Below are positions 18,938 through 28,883 of a stretch of DNA of 64,000 nucleotides, one piece after another. The position numbers and the translations under genes are program-made. Every line of letters starts with the position of its first letter. Position 1 is the first letter of the stretch. Location of the stretch: NCBI GenBank assembly GCA_028286725.1, contig JAQBQZ010000014.1, positions 5,051-69,050 on the forward strand. Reading direction: 5' to 3'. Below the pieces are notes generated by a model that saw only the letters and a list, made by a program, of their open reading frames with translations, had not been told where the DNA came from and did no database searches. The DNA is from Candidatus Tayloriibacteriota bacterium (GTDB lineage Bacteria; Patescibacteriota; Minisyncoccia; Phycocordibacterales; CAIRYW01).

Positions 18938-20002
18938 ATGAATAAAAATATCTCAGAAATTTTAAAAAAGGACTGGATTAAAAATTGGTCAGGCAATTGG
19001 AGCCTGTTGTTCGCATCTTTCTATGGAGATAACTATTCGAAGGGTTTAAAAACGCTTGTCGGTAAAGGTTTTGATAATAACTTAATTACTTCCGAGAATG
19101 GTGTCAGGTCAAATTATTTGCCACAAAACGAACTTGATAATCTGGGGCAACTATTTGCCGAACAAATTGCAAAAGAAGGTGTTGCAGAAGAATGGGCGAG
19201 ACTCGTTTTTGAAAGAACTGACAAAGTCATGGCACTTATTTCAAAAATGGATAAAAAGGATATTTTCGATAAAGAAGATTACTCTCTACTTCGAGACGCA
19301 TACGAAGAACACGTTCCACCGAATTTTGCTATTAAAAAAGTAGCCGACTATCTCTCGGCAGATTTGATGGAAAAGTACATGGAGCTTTTCAGTAAAGTCA
19401 GAGTATACACAGAGCCTGTGTATGGTGAGATCAGTCGAATGCTTGCGAAGGTAGTAGGATCTTTAACAAATATTTCTCCAGAACTAGTTTCGTTTATAAC
19501 AAAAAAAGAAATAGAAAAATTCCTGGATAAGGGTAAAATAATTTCGATTAAAGACCTGGAAGAAAGAAAAAAAGGCTGTGCTTTTTTATTTGATTCTAAC
19601 GGAGAAGTAACCTATTTGTCGCAAAGTGACTTGATAGAAATTAATGATACTCTGATCGGAAAGCGTGATGTGTTGGAAATAAAAGGCCAGATTGCTTATA
19701 AGGGTGTTGCAAAAGGAGTCGTAAGAATTATCTCTGATCCATTTAATTACAAAATCTTTAATGAAGGGGATGTGCTCGTCACAGGTATGACAAGACCTGA
19801 ATATTTGGCACTTATGCAAAAGTCTGGAGCTTTTGTTACAGATGCTGGAGGATTACTTTCTCATGCTGCAATTGTTGCTCGTGAACTCAAAAAACCTTGC
19901 ATAATTGGAACTAAAATTGCAACGAAAGTGTTGAAGGATGGTGACTTGGTGGAGGTTGATGCGGAGAAGGGGATTGTAACAATACTAAAGAAAGTAAAAT
20001 AA
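18938..20002 (+). CDS. Protein with a C-terminal PEP-utilising-enzyme mobile (phosphohistidine) domain and an N-terminus of unknown function
   Basis: C-terminal GDVLVTGMTRPEYLALMQKSGAFVTDAGGLLSHAAIVARELKKPCIIGT. ATG at 18938 avoids overlap with prfA. Confidence 0.5.
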   Translation: MNKNISEILKKDWIKNWSGNWSLLFASFYGDNYSKGLKTLVGKGFDNNLITSENGVRSNYLPQNELDNLGQLFAEQIAKEGVAEEWARLVFERTDKVMALISKMDKKDIFDKEDYSLLRDAYEEHVPPNFAIKKVADYLSADLMEKYMELFSKVRVYTEPVYGEISRMLAKVVGSLTNISPELVSFITKKEIEKFLDKGKIISIKDLEERKKGCAFLFDSNGEVTYLSQSDLIEINDTLIGKRDVLEIKGQIAYKGVAKGVVRIISDPFNYKIFNEGDVLVTGMTRPEYLALMQKSGAFVTDAGGLLSHAAIVARELKKPCIIGTKIATKVLKDGDLVEVDAEKGIVTILKKVK

Positions 20003-20008
20003 GACAGT

Positions 20009-20503
20009 TTGTTTGTATTTCATTTGGTGCTTCTGTATACTGTCTTTATGACTTTTAAATCATTTGATATCGAACTTTTGCATATATGCCGAAGAGTTTC
20101 TGTGCCCCTTGCACGATTTGGACTTTTTGTTGTTTTTTTCTGGTTCGGGTTTTTGAAATTGTTTGGCCTCAGTCCTGCAAATCCTCTTGTTGAAGCCCTC
20201 TTGAATTCAGTGATGCCTTTTATGTCATTCGGTACGTTCATCATTTTCTTTGGAATGTTTGAATGTATTATTGGCATCCTTTTTCTTATCAAAGGATTGG
20301 AGCGAGTGGCGATTCTTATGCTTTTTGTTCACATGATAACGACTCTCATGCCTCTTTTTCTCTTGCCGCAGATCGCATGGAGCGGATTTATGATCCCGAC
20401 TCTCGAAGGTCAATACATGATCAAAAATATTCTGATCATTGCAGCAGGAATTGGTATTGCTGCGCATCTACATCCATTAAAAAAAGGTCACCACATTTGT
20501 TAA
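20009..20503 (+). CDS. Integral membrane protein (DoxX-like?)
   Basis: 164 aa with four hydrophobic helices. Confidence 0.35.
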   Translation: MFVFHLVLLYTVFMTFKSFDIELLHICRRVSVPLARFGLFVVFFWFGFLKLFGLSPANPLVEALLNSVMPFMSFGTFIIFFGMFECIIGILFLIKGLERVAILMLFVHMITTLMPLFLLPQIAWSGFMIPTLEGQYMIKNILIIAAGIGIAAHLHPLKKGHHIC

Positions 20504-20522
20504 TTAAAATTTAAAATAAATA

Positions 20523-21143
20523 ATGCGAAAAACACTTATCATTACTGCCCATCCGAGTTCAAAAGGATTTACTCACTTGATCGCGGGTGTACTCAAAGAT
20601 GCTCGAACAGAGAAAGGTGGAACTGTGGAAATATTTGATCTCTACAAGACAGATCTCAAGCAGGATTTTCTCAAGTTTGAAGATCCGCGAGAGATGAAGA
20701 ATCCTGATCCCGTTCGAGATGCTATACAAGCCAAAATGGCATGGGCAGATGAGCTCATATTCATTCATCCTCTTTGGTGGCTCACAATGCCCGCTATTAT
20801 GAAGAATTTTTTGGATCATAATATCGCTTCACCTTTTGCTTTTCATTATGATAATGGCAAGAGAATTCCAGGACTTTGTGGCAGATCAGCACGTCTTTAT
20901 ATCACTTGCGACGGTCCGATACTCCTCTATATTTGTTTGGGATTACCGTTTATAATTAACTGGGTTATTGGAATATTCACTTTTTGTGGAATTTCGACCG
21001 ATTATTTCAAGATCATTCGAATGCTGCCAATGCGAGGGGATGATGTCAAAAGAAAGAAGGTGCTTGAGAAGATAAAAAAGAATTCATTTCGAAGATCTTT
21101 TTCACTCAAGGGACTTAATTTCTTGGGGAATATGTTTCAGTAG
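20523..21143 (+). CDS. Flavodoxin-like fold NAD(P)H dehydrogenase (quinone) family protein
   Basis: MRKTLIITAHPSSKGFTHLIAG…ADELIFIHPLWW…MPAIMKNFLD, typical of Flavodoxin_2 / MdaB / KefF-like proteins. Confidence 0.5.
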   Translation: MRKTLIITAHPSSKGFTHLIAGVLKDARTEKGGTVEIFDLYKTDLKQDFLKFEDPREMKNPDPVRDAIQAKMAWADELIFIHPLWWLTMPAIMKNFLDHNIASPFAFHYDNGKRIPGLCGRSARLYITCDGPILLYICLGLPFIINWVIGIFTFCGISTDYFKIIRMLPMRGDDVKRKKVLEKIKKNSFRRSFSLKGLNFLGNMFQ

Positions 21144-21169
21144 AGAACTAATAAATAATAATAAATCAT

Positions 21170-21937
21170 ATGCTTAAAGGTTTTGAAATGGCACAAACGG
21201 AAAAAGGTCTCACTGATATGTTGAAAGACTATGATGAGGCTTTGGGTAATTTGCCAAATGAGGTGGATGCTGAATTAGCTGCGAGTGGTAGTGAAAATTG
21301 GCTTGGTTTATGGACAGAAAAATATCAGGCATTCTCGCTTCCGCTATCGACTTGGAATAAAGACTATCCAGGCCGGCTAAGTCAAGAAACGCTCAATAAT
21401 GTAACAGTGTTCAATGATGTAATCATGGCGGCTTTACGCAATGCTAACGAAAATAGCGATCGTGATTTGCTTGAAAGGGAGGTTAAAACTATGATTGGTT
21501 TGATACAAGGCGCTTTGCAGAAAGAAATTAGTAAAAGTGCGGAAGCGGAAAGTGTTGAAACGTTGCCAGCAAAAGAAAAGATTACTTTACCTGGAAATGG
21601 AATGGAAATAATTGCTAGTACCCGAAAGGCCATATCTGATTTTGAAAAAAGAGTAGAGGAAAAAAGACAATTGCATGAAAGTAAATATGCTCATTTATCT
21701 GCCGCTGAGAAAAGTGGAGATATGAAAAATAATATTTTTATGCCAATAACAGAAGGTTTGAATTTGATTTTACTTCTTTATAAAAATAATATTCCTGATG
21801 AAGTTGTCAAAAAAATACAACAGATGAAAGCGGACTTGGGGGCAAAAATTGCAGACTCTCGATCGTTTGATGAGTTAGAGCCAGAGTTAAAGCAGGAGCT
21901 TCAAAAGATCGAAACAGAATTGTCAGAAATATTCTAA
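21170..21937 (+). CDS. Hypothetical protein (helical, possibly coiled-coil)
   Basis: 255-aa ORF, no motif recognised. Confidence 0.35.
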   Translation: MLKGFEMAQTEKGLTDMLKDYDEALGNLPNEVDAELAASGSENWLGLWTEKYQAFSLPLSTWNKDYPGRLSQETLNNVTVFNDVIMAALRNANENSDRDLLEREVKTMIGLIQGALQKEISKSAEAESVETLPAKEKITLPGNGMEIIASTRKAISDFEKRVEEKRQLHESKYAHLSAAEKSGDMKNNIFMPITEGLNLILLLYKNNIPDEVVKKIQQMKADLGAKIADSRSFDELEPELKQELQKIETELSEIF

Positions 21938-21942
21938 TAAAT

Positions 21943-22323
21943 ATGAAATCCGACGACGAAATCAAAAAAGAAAATCCTGAGCTATACAAAGTTGCGCGAG
22001 AAGGTGGAACTGAAGCGCCTTTTACGAGCGAACTTCTCAAAGTCAAAGATGATGGGAGTTTTGCATGTGCTGTTTGTGGACAGAAGCTTTTTATGTCTGA
22101 TGCCAAATTTGATTCTGGTACTGGCTGGCCGTCATTTGATAAAGCGATCGAGGGCAGTGTAAAAGAAATAATTGATGATTCTTTTGGCATGCATCGTACA
22201 GAAACTGTCTGCTCAAACTGCGGTTCCCACTTAGGTCATGTCTTTAATGATGGGCCGACCAATACTGGCAAAAGATACTGCATGAATGGAGTATGTCTTG
22301 AATTCAATAAAGAAGATAAATAA
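21943..22323 (+). CDS. msrB: Peptide-methionine (R)-S-oxide reductase MsrB
   Basis: CAVCGQKLF…GWPSF…CSNCGSHLGHVFNDGP with two CxxC pairs and the catalytic Cys region. Confidence 0.85.
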   Translation: MKSDDEIKKENPELYKVAREGGTEAPFTSELLKVKDDGSFACAVCGQKLFMSDAKFDSGTGWPSFDKAIEGSVKEIIDDSFGMHRTETVCSNCGSHLGHVFNDGPTNTGKRYCMNGVCLEFNKEDK

Positions 22324-22325
22324 CA

Positions 22326-22663
22326 TGCTTACAATTCCTACAAAGGTTCCAGAGAATGGATTTTATTATCACTACAAGCATAATCCAGAAGGTGTCATAA
22401 ATGATTATGTTTATGAGGTGGTTGGAATTGGTCATCATACTGAAGATGATTGCAGACCAGAGGACACGCTCATGGTCGTCTATAGACCGATATATGAATC
22501 GACTGTCTATACAGCCGGTAAGCTTTTTGATCTTTGGCCACTCGAAATATGGATGGAAGATGTGACCAAAGACGGAAAAACTTTTCCTCGGTATCAAAAG
22601 ATAACGGATCCGAATACCATTCAAGAATTGAAATTGATTAGAGATAAAATGTATAATTCGTAA
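22326..22663 (+). CDS. DUF1653-like protein
   Basis: GFYYHYKHNPEGVINDYVYEVVGIGHHTEDD…LMVVYRPIY…LWPLEIW pattern. Start moved to the first ATG after the msrB stop. Confidence 0.45.
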
Positions 22664-22664
22664 T

Positions 22665-23309
22665 ATGAAAATCACTAAATATGGACATTGCTGTCTGCTC
22701 GTAGAAGAAAAAGGAGTGAGGGTACTCACAGATCCTGGAAGCTATACGACTACTCAAAATGAGGTCAAGAATATTGATGTTGTGCTTATTACTCACGAGC
22801 ACGGAGATCATTTCCATATTGAATCAGTCAAAGAGATTCTGAAGAGCAATCCTGAGACTTTGATTGTGACTAATAATGCAGTCAACGAACTTCTAAAAAA
22901 AGAAAATATTTTAAATACAAAGATCGTGGAAGATGGAGAAAGTTTTGAATATAAAGGAATAAAGCTAAGTGGATATGGTAAGACTCATGCAATTATCTAT
23001 CAAGAATTCGGAAGTGTAGAAAATACTGGGTATATGATCGGAGAAAGACTCTACTATCCAGCTGATGCTTTTCATAATCCTCAGGTGCCAGTAGAAATCT
23101 TGGCATTACCTGTTGCTGGTCCTTGGATGAAGATATCTGAGGCGATTGATTTTGCACTCGAGATCAAGCCAAAAAAATACTTCGCAGTACATGATGGGGG
23201 ATTGAATGAAAGCGGGAGAGGGGTTGGAAATAGAGTTGTGCCTTCAATCTTGCAAAAACATGATATTGAATTTGTAAATCTTGAAATAAATACAGAAACA
23301 GAATTCTAA
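22665..23309 (+). CDS. MBL-fold metallo-hydrolase
   Basis: VLITHEHGDHFH motif (HxHxDH). Confidence 0.6.
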   Translation: MKITKYGHCCLLVEEKGVRVLTDPGSYTTTQNEVKNIDVVLITHEHGDHFHIESVKEILKSNPETLIVTNNAVNELLKKENILNTKIVEDGESFEYKGIKLSGYGKTHAIIYQEFGSVENTGYMIGERLYYPADAFHNPQVPVEILALPVAGPWMKISEAIDFALEIKPKKYFAVHDGGLNESGRGVGNRVVPSILQKHDIEFVNLEINTETEF

Positions 23310-23310
23310 T

Positions 23311-24117
23311 ATGTCTCGCATTGGTATCTTCGACTCAGGATTCGGAGGGCTTTCAATTCTAAAAGAAATTGTGAGAGTGCTTCCTGAGTATAGCTATATC
23401 TATCTCGGTGACACAGCTCGTGCACCATATGGGAATAGAAGCCAGGAAATAATCTACGAATTCACAAAAGAAGGAATCGAATTCCTTTTTCGAAACGGTT
23501 GTGATCTTGTGATCCTGGCTTGTAATACTGCATCTAGTGAAGCCCTTCGAAAGATTCAGCAAGAATTCCTGCCTAAGAAATATCCATACAAAAAAGTGCT
23601 CGGGGTTATAATCCCTGGTGCTGAGGAAGCGGTTTTGAAAACAAAGAACAAAAAGATCGGAGTACTCGCAACAGAGGCAACTGTTTCATCGGGCGCATTC
23701 AAAAGAGAAATACAAAAATTGAATAAAAGTATAAAAGTGTTTGAGGTAGCAGCACCGATGCTCGTACCACTTGTTGAAGCGGGGGAGGACAAAAGTGAGA
23801 GTGCAAAAATACTTATTAGACAATATGTAATTGATGTGTGTCGACATAGTATCGATACGCTTGTCCTCGGCTGTACGCATTATGGAATACTTGAAAGTGA
23901 AATTAAAAAAACTTCGAAAGGTATAACTATTTTGTCAGAAGGAAAGATCGTCGCAAAGAAACTCAAAGAGTATCTGGAACGACATGATGAAATAAAGAAA
24001 AAACTCACAAAGAAAAAAAGTATTCAGTTCTACACGACGGATTCAAAAGATAAATTTGATCGATTAGGAAGTCGATTCTTTGGGGAGAAAATAAGTTCTA
24101 AAAAAGTAGATTTATAA
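23311..24117 (+). CDS. murI: Glutamate racemase
   Basis: IGIFDSGFGGLSILKEI…YIYLGDTARAPYGNRS…ILACNTAS…GCTHYG. Confidence 0.85.
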   Translation: MSRIGIFDSGFGGLSILKEIVRVLPEYSYIYLGDTARAPYGNRSQEIIYEFTKEGIEFLFRNGCDLVILACNTASSEALRKIQQEFLPKKYPYKKVLGVIIPGAEEAVLKTKNKKIGVLATEATVSSGAFKREIQKLNKSIKVFEVAAPMLVPLVEAGEDKSESAKILIRQYVIDVCRHSIDTLVLGCTHYGILESEIKKTSKGITILSEGKIVAKKLKEYLERHDEIKKKLTKKKSIQFYTTDSKDKFDRLGSRFFGEKISSKKVDL

Positions 24118-24122
24118 GGAAT

Positions 24123-24162
24123 GGATTCATTTCTGACGGCCGTCAGAAATGAATCCATTTAT
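24123..24162. repeat. Perfect 40-bp palindrome (20+20, no loop) between murI and rnpB
   Basis: aatggattcatttctgacgg|ccgtcagaaatgaatccatt. Not followed by a T-tract. Confidence 0.5.
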
Positions 24163-24227
24163 CAGATCGGTAAGAAAACATTGGACCATATTGAATCGTT
24201 GAATTAATCCAATTTTTGTGGTATAAA

Positions 24228-24840
24228 TTGGCAGCGCTGGATAGCTACTGTATATGTAAATATATAGAGGAAAGTCCGAACACGGGCTGAGTATCACACT
24301 CTGTGTGATACGTATTTAAACATTTAAATATTTAAATTCGTATCGCGCGCAGCGTGATACTCGGGCGGGTAGTGGGTAATTCCCATCATTAGGAGGTATC
24401 CTATAGAGGTGCGAGCAGAGACGCTCAAAGCGAAATGCTGAGAGTGCCCTGGAAGAGTTCATTCATAATCTAATGTCGAGATAGAATTCCAAAATTTTGT
24501 GCGAAAACCAGGAATTTAGACGAATCATATCGGTGATATGGTAAGGAGAAATTACTGAGTTTGCAGCCAAAATTTTGGAATTCTATACGGCAAGCATTGT
24601 TTTGAATTTAAGTTTGCGTTTAGATTATGAATGAACTCTTTAGGGTAAGTTTTGTGGCAACACAAAAGTGAAACGGCAAAACCCTTACTTCCGTGCAAGA
24701 CCGTACCCGTGCATCGCACTTCGTGCGATGCACGGGGGTGTCGCTTGATTCGTTTGGTAACAAACAGAACAGATAAATTGCTATCGTTGCCGCAAGGCAG
24801 GCACAGAATTCGGCTTATAGGCGCTATACAAAACACTTCA
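24228..24840 (+). ncRNA. rnpB: RNase P RNA (bacterial type A core) with large insertions
   Basis: P4 strands GAGGAAAGTCCGAAC (about 24266-24280) and ACAGAATTCGGCTTATAG (about 24803-24820). Ends are approximate; about 610 nt versus the usual 350-400. Confidence 0.8.
24482..24585. mobile_element. Short palindromic MITE-like element (copy 3, deletion derivative) apparently inserted inside rnpB
   Basis: 17/18-bp IR tagaattccaaaattttg … caaaattttggaattcta. Shares the tagaat terminus, the ccaaaattttg inner-repeat motif and a purine-rich ggtaaggagaaa core with the 9643 and 39375 elements. Confidence 0.35.
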
Positions 24841-24858
24841 GGCAACTGAGGTGTTTTT

Positions 24859-24905
24859 TTAATCCCGCACTCAATTTTCCAAAGAAAAAATGAGTGCGGG
24901 ATTTG
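24859..24905. terminator. Hairpin plus T-tract downstream of rnpB
   Basis: aatcccgcactca …17-nt loop… tgagtgcgggatt, then ttgtttttg. Confidence 0.5.
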
Positions 24906-24938
24906 TTTTTGTTGTGATATAATTAGTTCAAATTTAAT

Positions 24939-27128
24939 TTGCGCGAAGAATTTCTTTACAAAATATTTTTAATAATTTATATGGCAGAAAAAATAAAATC
25001 AATAAAAGTGCATGCGGTCGAAAAGGTAGAAGAGGAAACGGTGATTCCACAGGTGAAAGAAAAAAAGAAATTTAATTTTGAGAATCTTTCGTTTTGGACG
25101 ATTGGAGCTGTGGTATTTTTGATGCCGATTTTTTTTCTCCCTGTCTCAATAATAGGATCTTCTCAGGCAAAGCTTACACTCCTTGCACTAGGCACGCTTT
25201 TGGCATTTTGCTTTTTGCTTATAGACAGAATGAAGAAAGGGGTTGTGACTTTAACTCTCAATCCTATTTATATTACAGCAAGCATACTTTCTGTTGTTTA
25301 TTTTGTTTCTAGCTGGGTGGGCATTTCTCAATATAAATCTCTCATTGGCAGTATGACGGAACAAGATACATTCATTACGATATTTATTGGATTTCTTTTT
25401 ATGTTTCTTTTGTCTCGCCTCGCTAAGACTTCAAAGAAGATATTTACAATCCTCTCTCTTCTTTTTGGTTCTATTGTGGTTGCGATGTTTTTCCAGATTG
25501 CTCGAATTATTGTTGGCAATCCTCTGTCGCTTAGCGTTCTTACTTCGCCATCAATAACTCTCGTAGGAAGCTGGGGTGATATTACAATACTCTCACTTTT
25601 ACTCCTCGCATCACTGGTGATTATTCTTGAAACAGTCAAACTCAAAAGATGGGTTGCATTGTCTTTAGGACTGCTTCTCATTGTTCCGTTTTTGTTTGTA
25701 GTGCTTTCTGGACTTTCTTTTGACTTTTATTTCTTCGGCATCGGCTTACTTCTTCTTATTGCTATTGCATCTATTGTTATCTTTGCGTATCTTTTCTCTC
25801 TCAGACGCAGTCATAAGGCTATCGAGAATGCAGAGGAGGTTGTCATAAAAAAGAAATCAAAAGTATCCGCATCACTTGTTCTGCTCCTCATTTCTATTTT
25901 GCTTGTACTCTTTGGTACGCAGGTTAATTCGTATCTTTCAAAGATTACCGGTGTGACATATGTAGAAGGACGACCAAATTGGCAGGCAACACTTGATGTA
26001 TCATCAAAAGTTCTCGCACAAAAGCCATTCTTTGGATCAGGGCCGAATACATTTGATGTTGAGTGGGATCTCAATCGCGCTCAAGAAGTCAACAATTATA
26101 TTTTCTGGAATAACGAATATAACTTCGGTGTAGGATTTGTACCGACATCACTTACGACCGTGGGAATTGTGGGATTCCTTTTCTGGCTTCTGTTTTATAT
26201 TTTTGTTTTGATCTTGGCATCGAAGACATTGTTCGGACTTGGCAAAAGAGAAGAGGGGACAATCATGAGTATTATCATTTCTGTAGGTGCTATATTGTCA
26301 TCTCTTGTTCTCATGTTCTACGCGCCAGGAATAGTCGTCGTGTTTGTAAACGGCGTATTAATCGCACTTCTTGTAGCACTCAATGCAGGAAGCTTCAAAG
26401 TTCGGAATATTAATTTCCACGGAAAACAGTGGCACAATTTTGTTTCAACTATCGGATTCGTGATTCTTCTTATTGTCACTATTTATGTTATGTATATTGT
26501 GGCATTCAAGGCTCTTGCGAATGCGTACTACAGAGCTGCAATCCTCAGCAGTGATGTTGACTCAGCGCTTGGACTTATTCAGAAATCTGTAATTTTGGAT
26601 CCGACACAGTCTCTCTATTACCAGACAGAAGCTCAAGTGTATGCGGCAAAAGTTTCTTCGGCTCTATCCCTTTCTGATGCTGACCTTGCAAACAAAAAAG
26701 ATGAGATCAACAAGAGTATCGTAAGCGCGGTAAACGCTTCTGTTTATGCAGAAGGGGTTAATCCTACGGACTACAAAGCAAAGGTGATGACTGGAAAGAT
26801 TCTTGAATTCTTTGGGTCTATTGGGCTCAAGGATGCAAGTCAGGGTGCGATTCAGAAATATATTGCAGCAAGTGCTCAGGCTCCGACAAATCCACTCCCA
26901 CTTTTGTTTGCTGCTAATGTCGCACTCAATATAAATAACAAGCCTCTCGCTAAAGATTATTTAACTCGAGCTATCACACTCAAGTCTGATTACACTGATG
27001 TTCCAGAATTAGGTAAGGAAATCCAAGGTCTCGTGGATCAGCTCAATAAAGCGTCTGCTCCTGTAGTAGTTCCTGCGGCAACAAGTACATCCGCGATCAA
27101 AGAAAAGGTGAAGGAGAAAGCTAAATAA
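24939..27128 (+). CDS. Large polytopic membrane protein, O-antigen-ligase (Wzy_C)-like core, with a C-terminal soluble TPR-like region
   Basis: About 12-14 hydrophobic helices over residues 50-520, then a helical hydrophilic C-terminus. Family assignment is tentative. Confidence 0.35.
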   Translation: MREEFLYKIFLIIYMAEKIKSIKVHAVEKVEEETVIPQVKEKKKFNFENLSFWTIGAVVFLMPIFFLPVSIIGSSQAKLTLLALGTLLAFCFLLIDRMKKGVVTLTLNPIYITASILSVVYFVSSWVGISQYKSLIGSMTEQDTFITIFIGFLFMFLLSRLAKTSKKIFTILSLLFGSIVVAMFFQIARIIVGNPLSLSVLTSPSITLVGSWGDITILSLLLLASLVIILETVKLKRWVALSLGLLLIVPFLFVVLSGLSFDFYFFGIGLLLLIAIASIVIFAYLFSLRRSHKAIENAEEVVIKKKSKVSASLVLLLISILLVLFGTQVNSYLSKITGVTYVEGRPNWQATLDVSSKVLAQKPFFGSGPNTFDVEWDLNRAQEVNNYIFWNNEYNFGVGFVPTSLTTVGIVGFLFWLLFYIFVLILASKTLFGLGKREEGTIMSIIISVGAILSSLVLMFYAPGIVVVFVNGVLIALLVALNAGSFKVRNINFHGKQWHNFVSTIGFVILLIVTIYVMYIVAFKALANAYYRAAILSSDVDSALGLIQKSVILDPTQSLYYQTEAQVYAAKVSSALSLSDADLANKKDEINKSIVSAVNASVYAEGVNPTDYKAKVMTGKILEFFGSIGLKDASQGAIQKYIAASAQAPTNPLPLLFAANVALNINNKPLAKDYLTRAITLKSDYTDVPELGKEIQGLVDQLNKASAPVVVPAATSTSAIKEKVKEKAK

Positions 27129-27142
27129 AAGCCTTAAGAAAA

Positions 27143-28819
27143 ATGGTAAAAAAACTTTTCAAGGTATTTGGCGGAGCAACCGATAGTATTCATGAAGCCG
27201 CATACCTTTTGGGTTTTTTTGCGCTCCTTTCACAATTTTTAGGACTTTTCCGAGACAGACTCTTGGCCCACTATTTTGGTGCGGGAGCAATGCTTGATGT
27301 GTATTATGCATCATTTCGTATTCCAGATCTTATATTTGCAACTGTCGCATCGCTCGTTTCTGCGTCGGTTATTATTCCGTTCCTTCAAGAAAAGATGAAT
27401 GAGGGAGAAGGAAAGGCGAAGCAATTCATTGATGAAATGTGGAGCGCATTTTTTGTACTCATAATGGCTGTATCTGTTATTGCATTCTTCGCGATGCCTA
27501 TGCTTGTAAAGCTACTCTTTAGTACAATGCCTCTCGGGTCACAATTAAATGTCATCGCTCTTTCTCGAATCTTGCTTCTGTCACCAATATTCCTTGGGCT
27601 TTCAAATTTTCTTTCAAGTATTGTTCAGTCTCACAAAAGATTTGCGCTCTATGCACTTTCTCCAGTTCTCTATAACGTTGCGATCATTCTGGGACTTATT
27701 GTTCTCTTTCCTATTTTTGGTATTGAAGGTGTTGTAGTGGGGGTAGTGCTTGGATCAATTCTCCATGCGCTGATTCAGATTCCATTTGCACGTTCGGTAC
27801 TTTTATTTCCAGATCTTATTTTTCCAATTGTCTGGTCTCGTTTAAAATCTGTTGCGGTGATTTCGCTTCCACGAACGCTCACTTTGGCGTTTGTAAACAT
27901 TGTGCTCATTATCCTTGTATCGCTCGCATCTCGAATGGCCGAAGGGTCTATTTCAATATTTACCTTTGCATACAATCTCCAGTCGGTGCCAATGACTATT
28001 ATTGGAGTCAGTTATTCAATGGCGGCATTTCCGACGCTTTCAAAACTTTTTGTGAGTGGTGATAAGAAAGAATTCGTTCGTCATGTGTCTGTTGCTTTAC
28101 GACATATTATATTTCTTTCGCTTCCGATAATGGCGCTCTTTATTATCGTACGTGCGCAGATTGTCCGAACTATATTTGGTACAGGTGCATTCTCGTGGAG
28201 TGATACGCGCCTCACCGCTGCATGCTTTGCACTCTTTTCTATTTCAGCTGTTGCGCAGAGCGCAAACCTGCTTTTTGTTCGCGCCTACTATGCATCGGGA
28301 AAAACGAAGATTCCACTCATTATTTCTGGCGTTTCATCTCTTCTGACAGTTGTTGCTTCTTATTCTGTTTATAAATTATTTTTTGCCTGGCCATATCTTA
28401 AAGATATTATAACGATTGTATTTAAAGTGAGTGATGTTCCAGGAACAGAGATCTTGGCGCTACCTATTGGATTTACAATTGGAAGTCTGATCGGGCTTAT
28501 TCTTTTTGTAATTTATTTTGACCGACACTATAAGGGTTTTATTTTAAGTATTAAAGAAACATTTTTTCAAAGTGCTGTTGCGTCGATACTCCTTGGCATC
28601 TCAGCATACTTTGTTCTTGGCGGATCTTCATATGTGCTCGAGACTAAAACTTTGGCTGGAATCTTTAGTCAGGGATTTGTTGCTGGAATGGTAGGACTCA
28701 TTGTGTGGTTCATTACACTCAAACTCTTGGGCAATAAAGAAATAGATGAAATGGTTAAAAGTATAAAAGGCAAGGTGTGGAAGGTTGCAGTTGTAGCTCC
28801 AGAGAAGGAGGAAATATAA
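27143..28819 (+). CDS. murJ: Lipid II flippase MurJ (MviN family)
   Basis: N-terminal …LLGFFALLSQFLGLFRDRLLAHYFGAGAMLDVYYASFRIPDLIF… and about 14 TM helices. Confidence 0.7.
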   Translation: MVKKLFKVFGGATDSIHEAAYLLGFFALLSQFLGLFRDRLLAHYFGAGAMLDVYYASFRIPDLIFATVASLVSASVIIPFLQEKMNEGEGKAKQFIDEMWSAFFVLIMAVSVIAFFAMPMLVKLLFSTMPLGSQLNVIALSRILLLSPIFLGLSNFLSSIVQSHKRFALYALSPVLYNVAIILGLIVLFPIFGIEGVVVGVVLGSILHALIQIPFARSVLLFPDLIFPIVWSRLKSVAVISLPRTLTLAFVNIVLIILVSLASRMAEGSISIFTFAYNLQSVPMTIIGVSYSMAAFPTLSKLFVSGDKKEFVRHVSVALRHIIFLSLPIMALFIIVRAQIVRTIFGTGAFSWSDTRLTAACFALFSISAVAQSANLLFVRAYYASGKTKIPLIISGVSSLLTVVASYSVYKLFFAWPYLKDIITIVFKVSDVPGTEILALPIGFTIGSLIGLILFVIYFDRHYKGFILSIKETFFQSAVASILLGISAYFVLGGSSYVLETKTLAGIFSQGFVAGMVGLIVWFITLKLLGNKEIDEMVKSIKGKVWKVAVVAPEKEEI

Positions 28820-28883
28820 AAGTATTCAAATTTAAATAAAAACACCCTGACTCGGAAGAGTAGGGGTGCGACGTGTGAAGCGA

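Noticed and set aside
24552-24849. ORFs 24552..24845 (-) and 24652..24849 (+)
   Set aside because: They lie entirely within the RNase P RNA gene (P4 and 3' region), so they are spurious.
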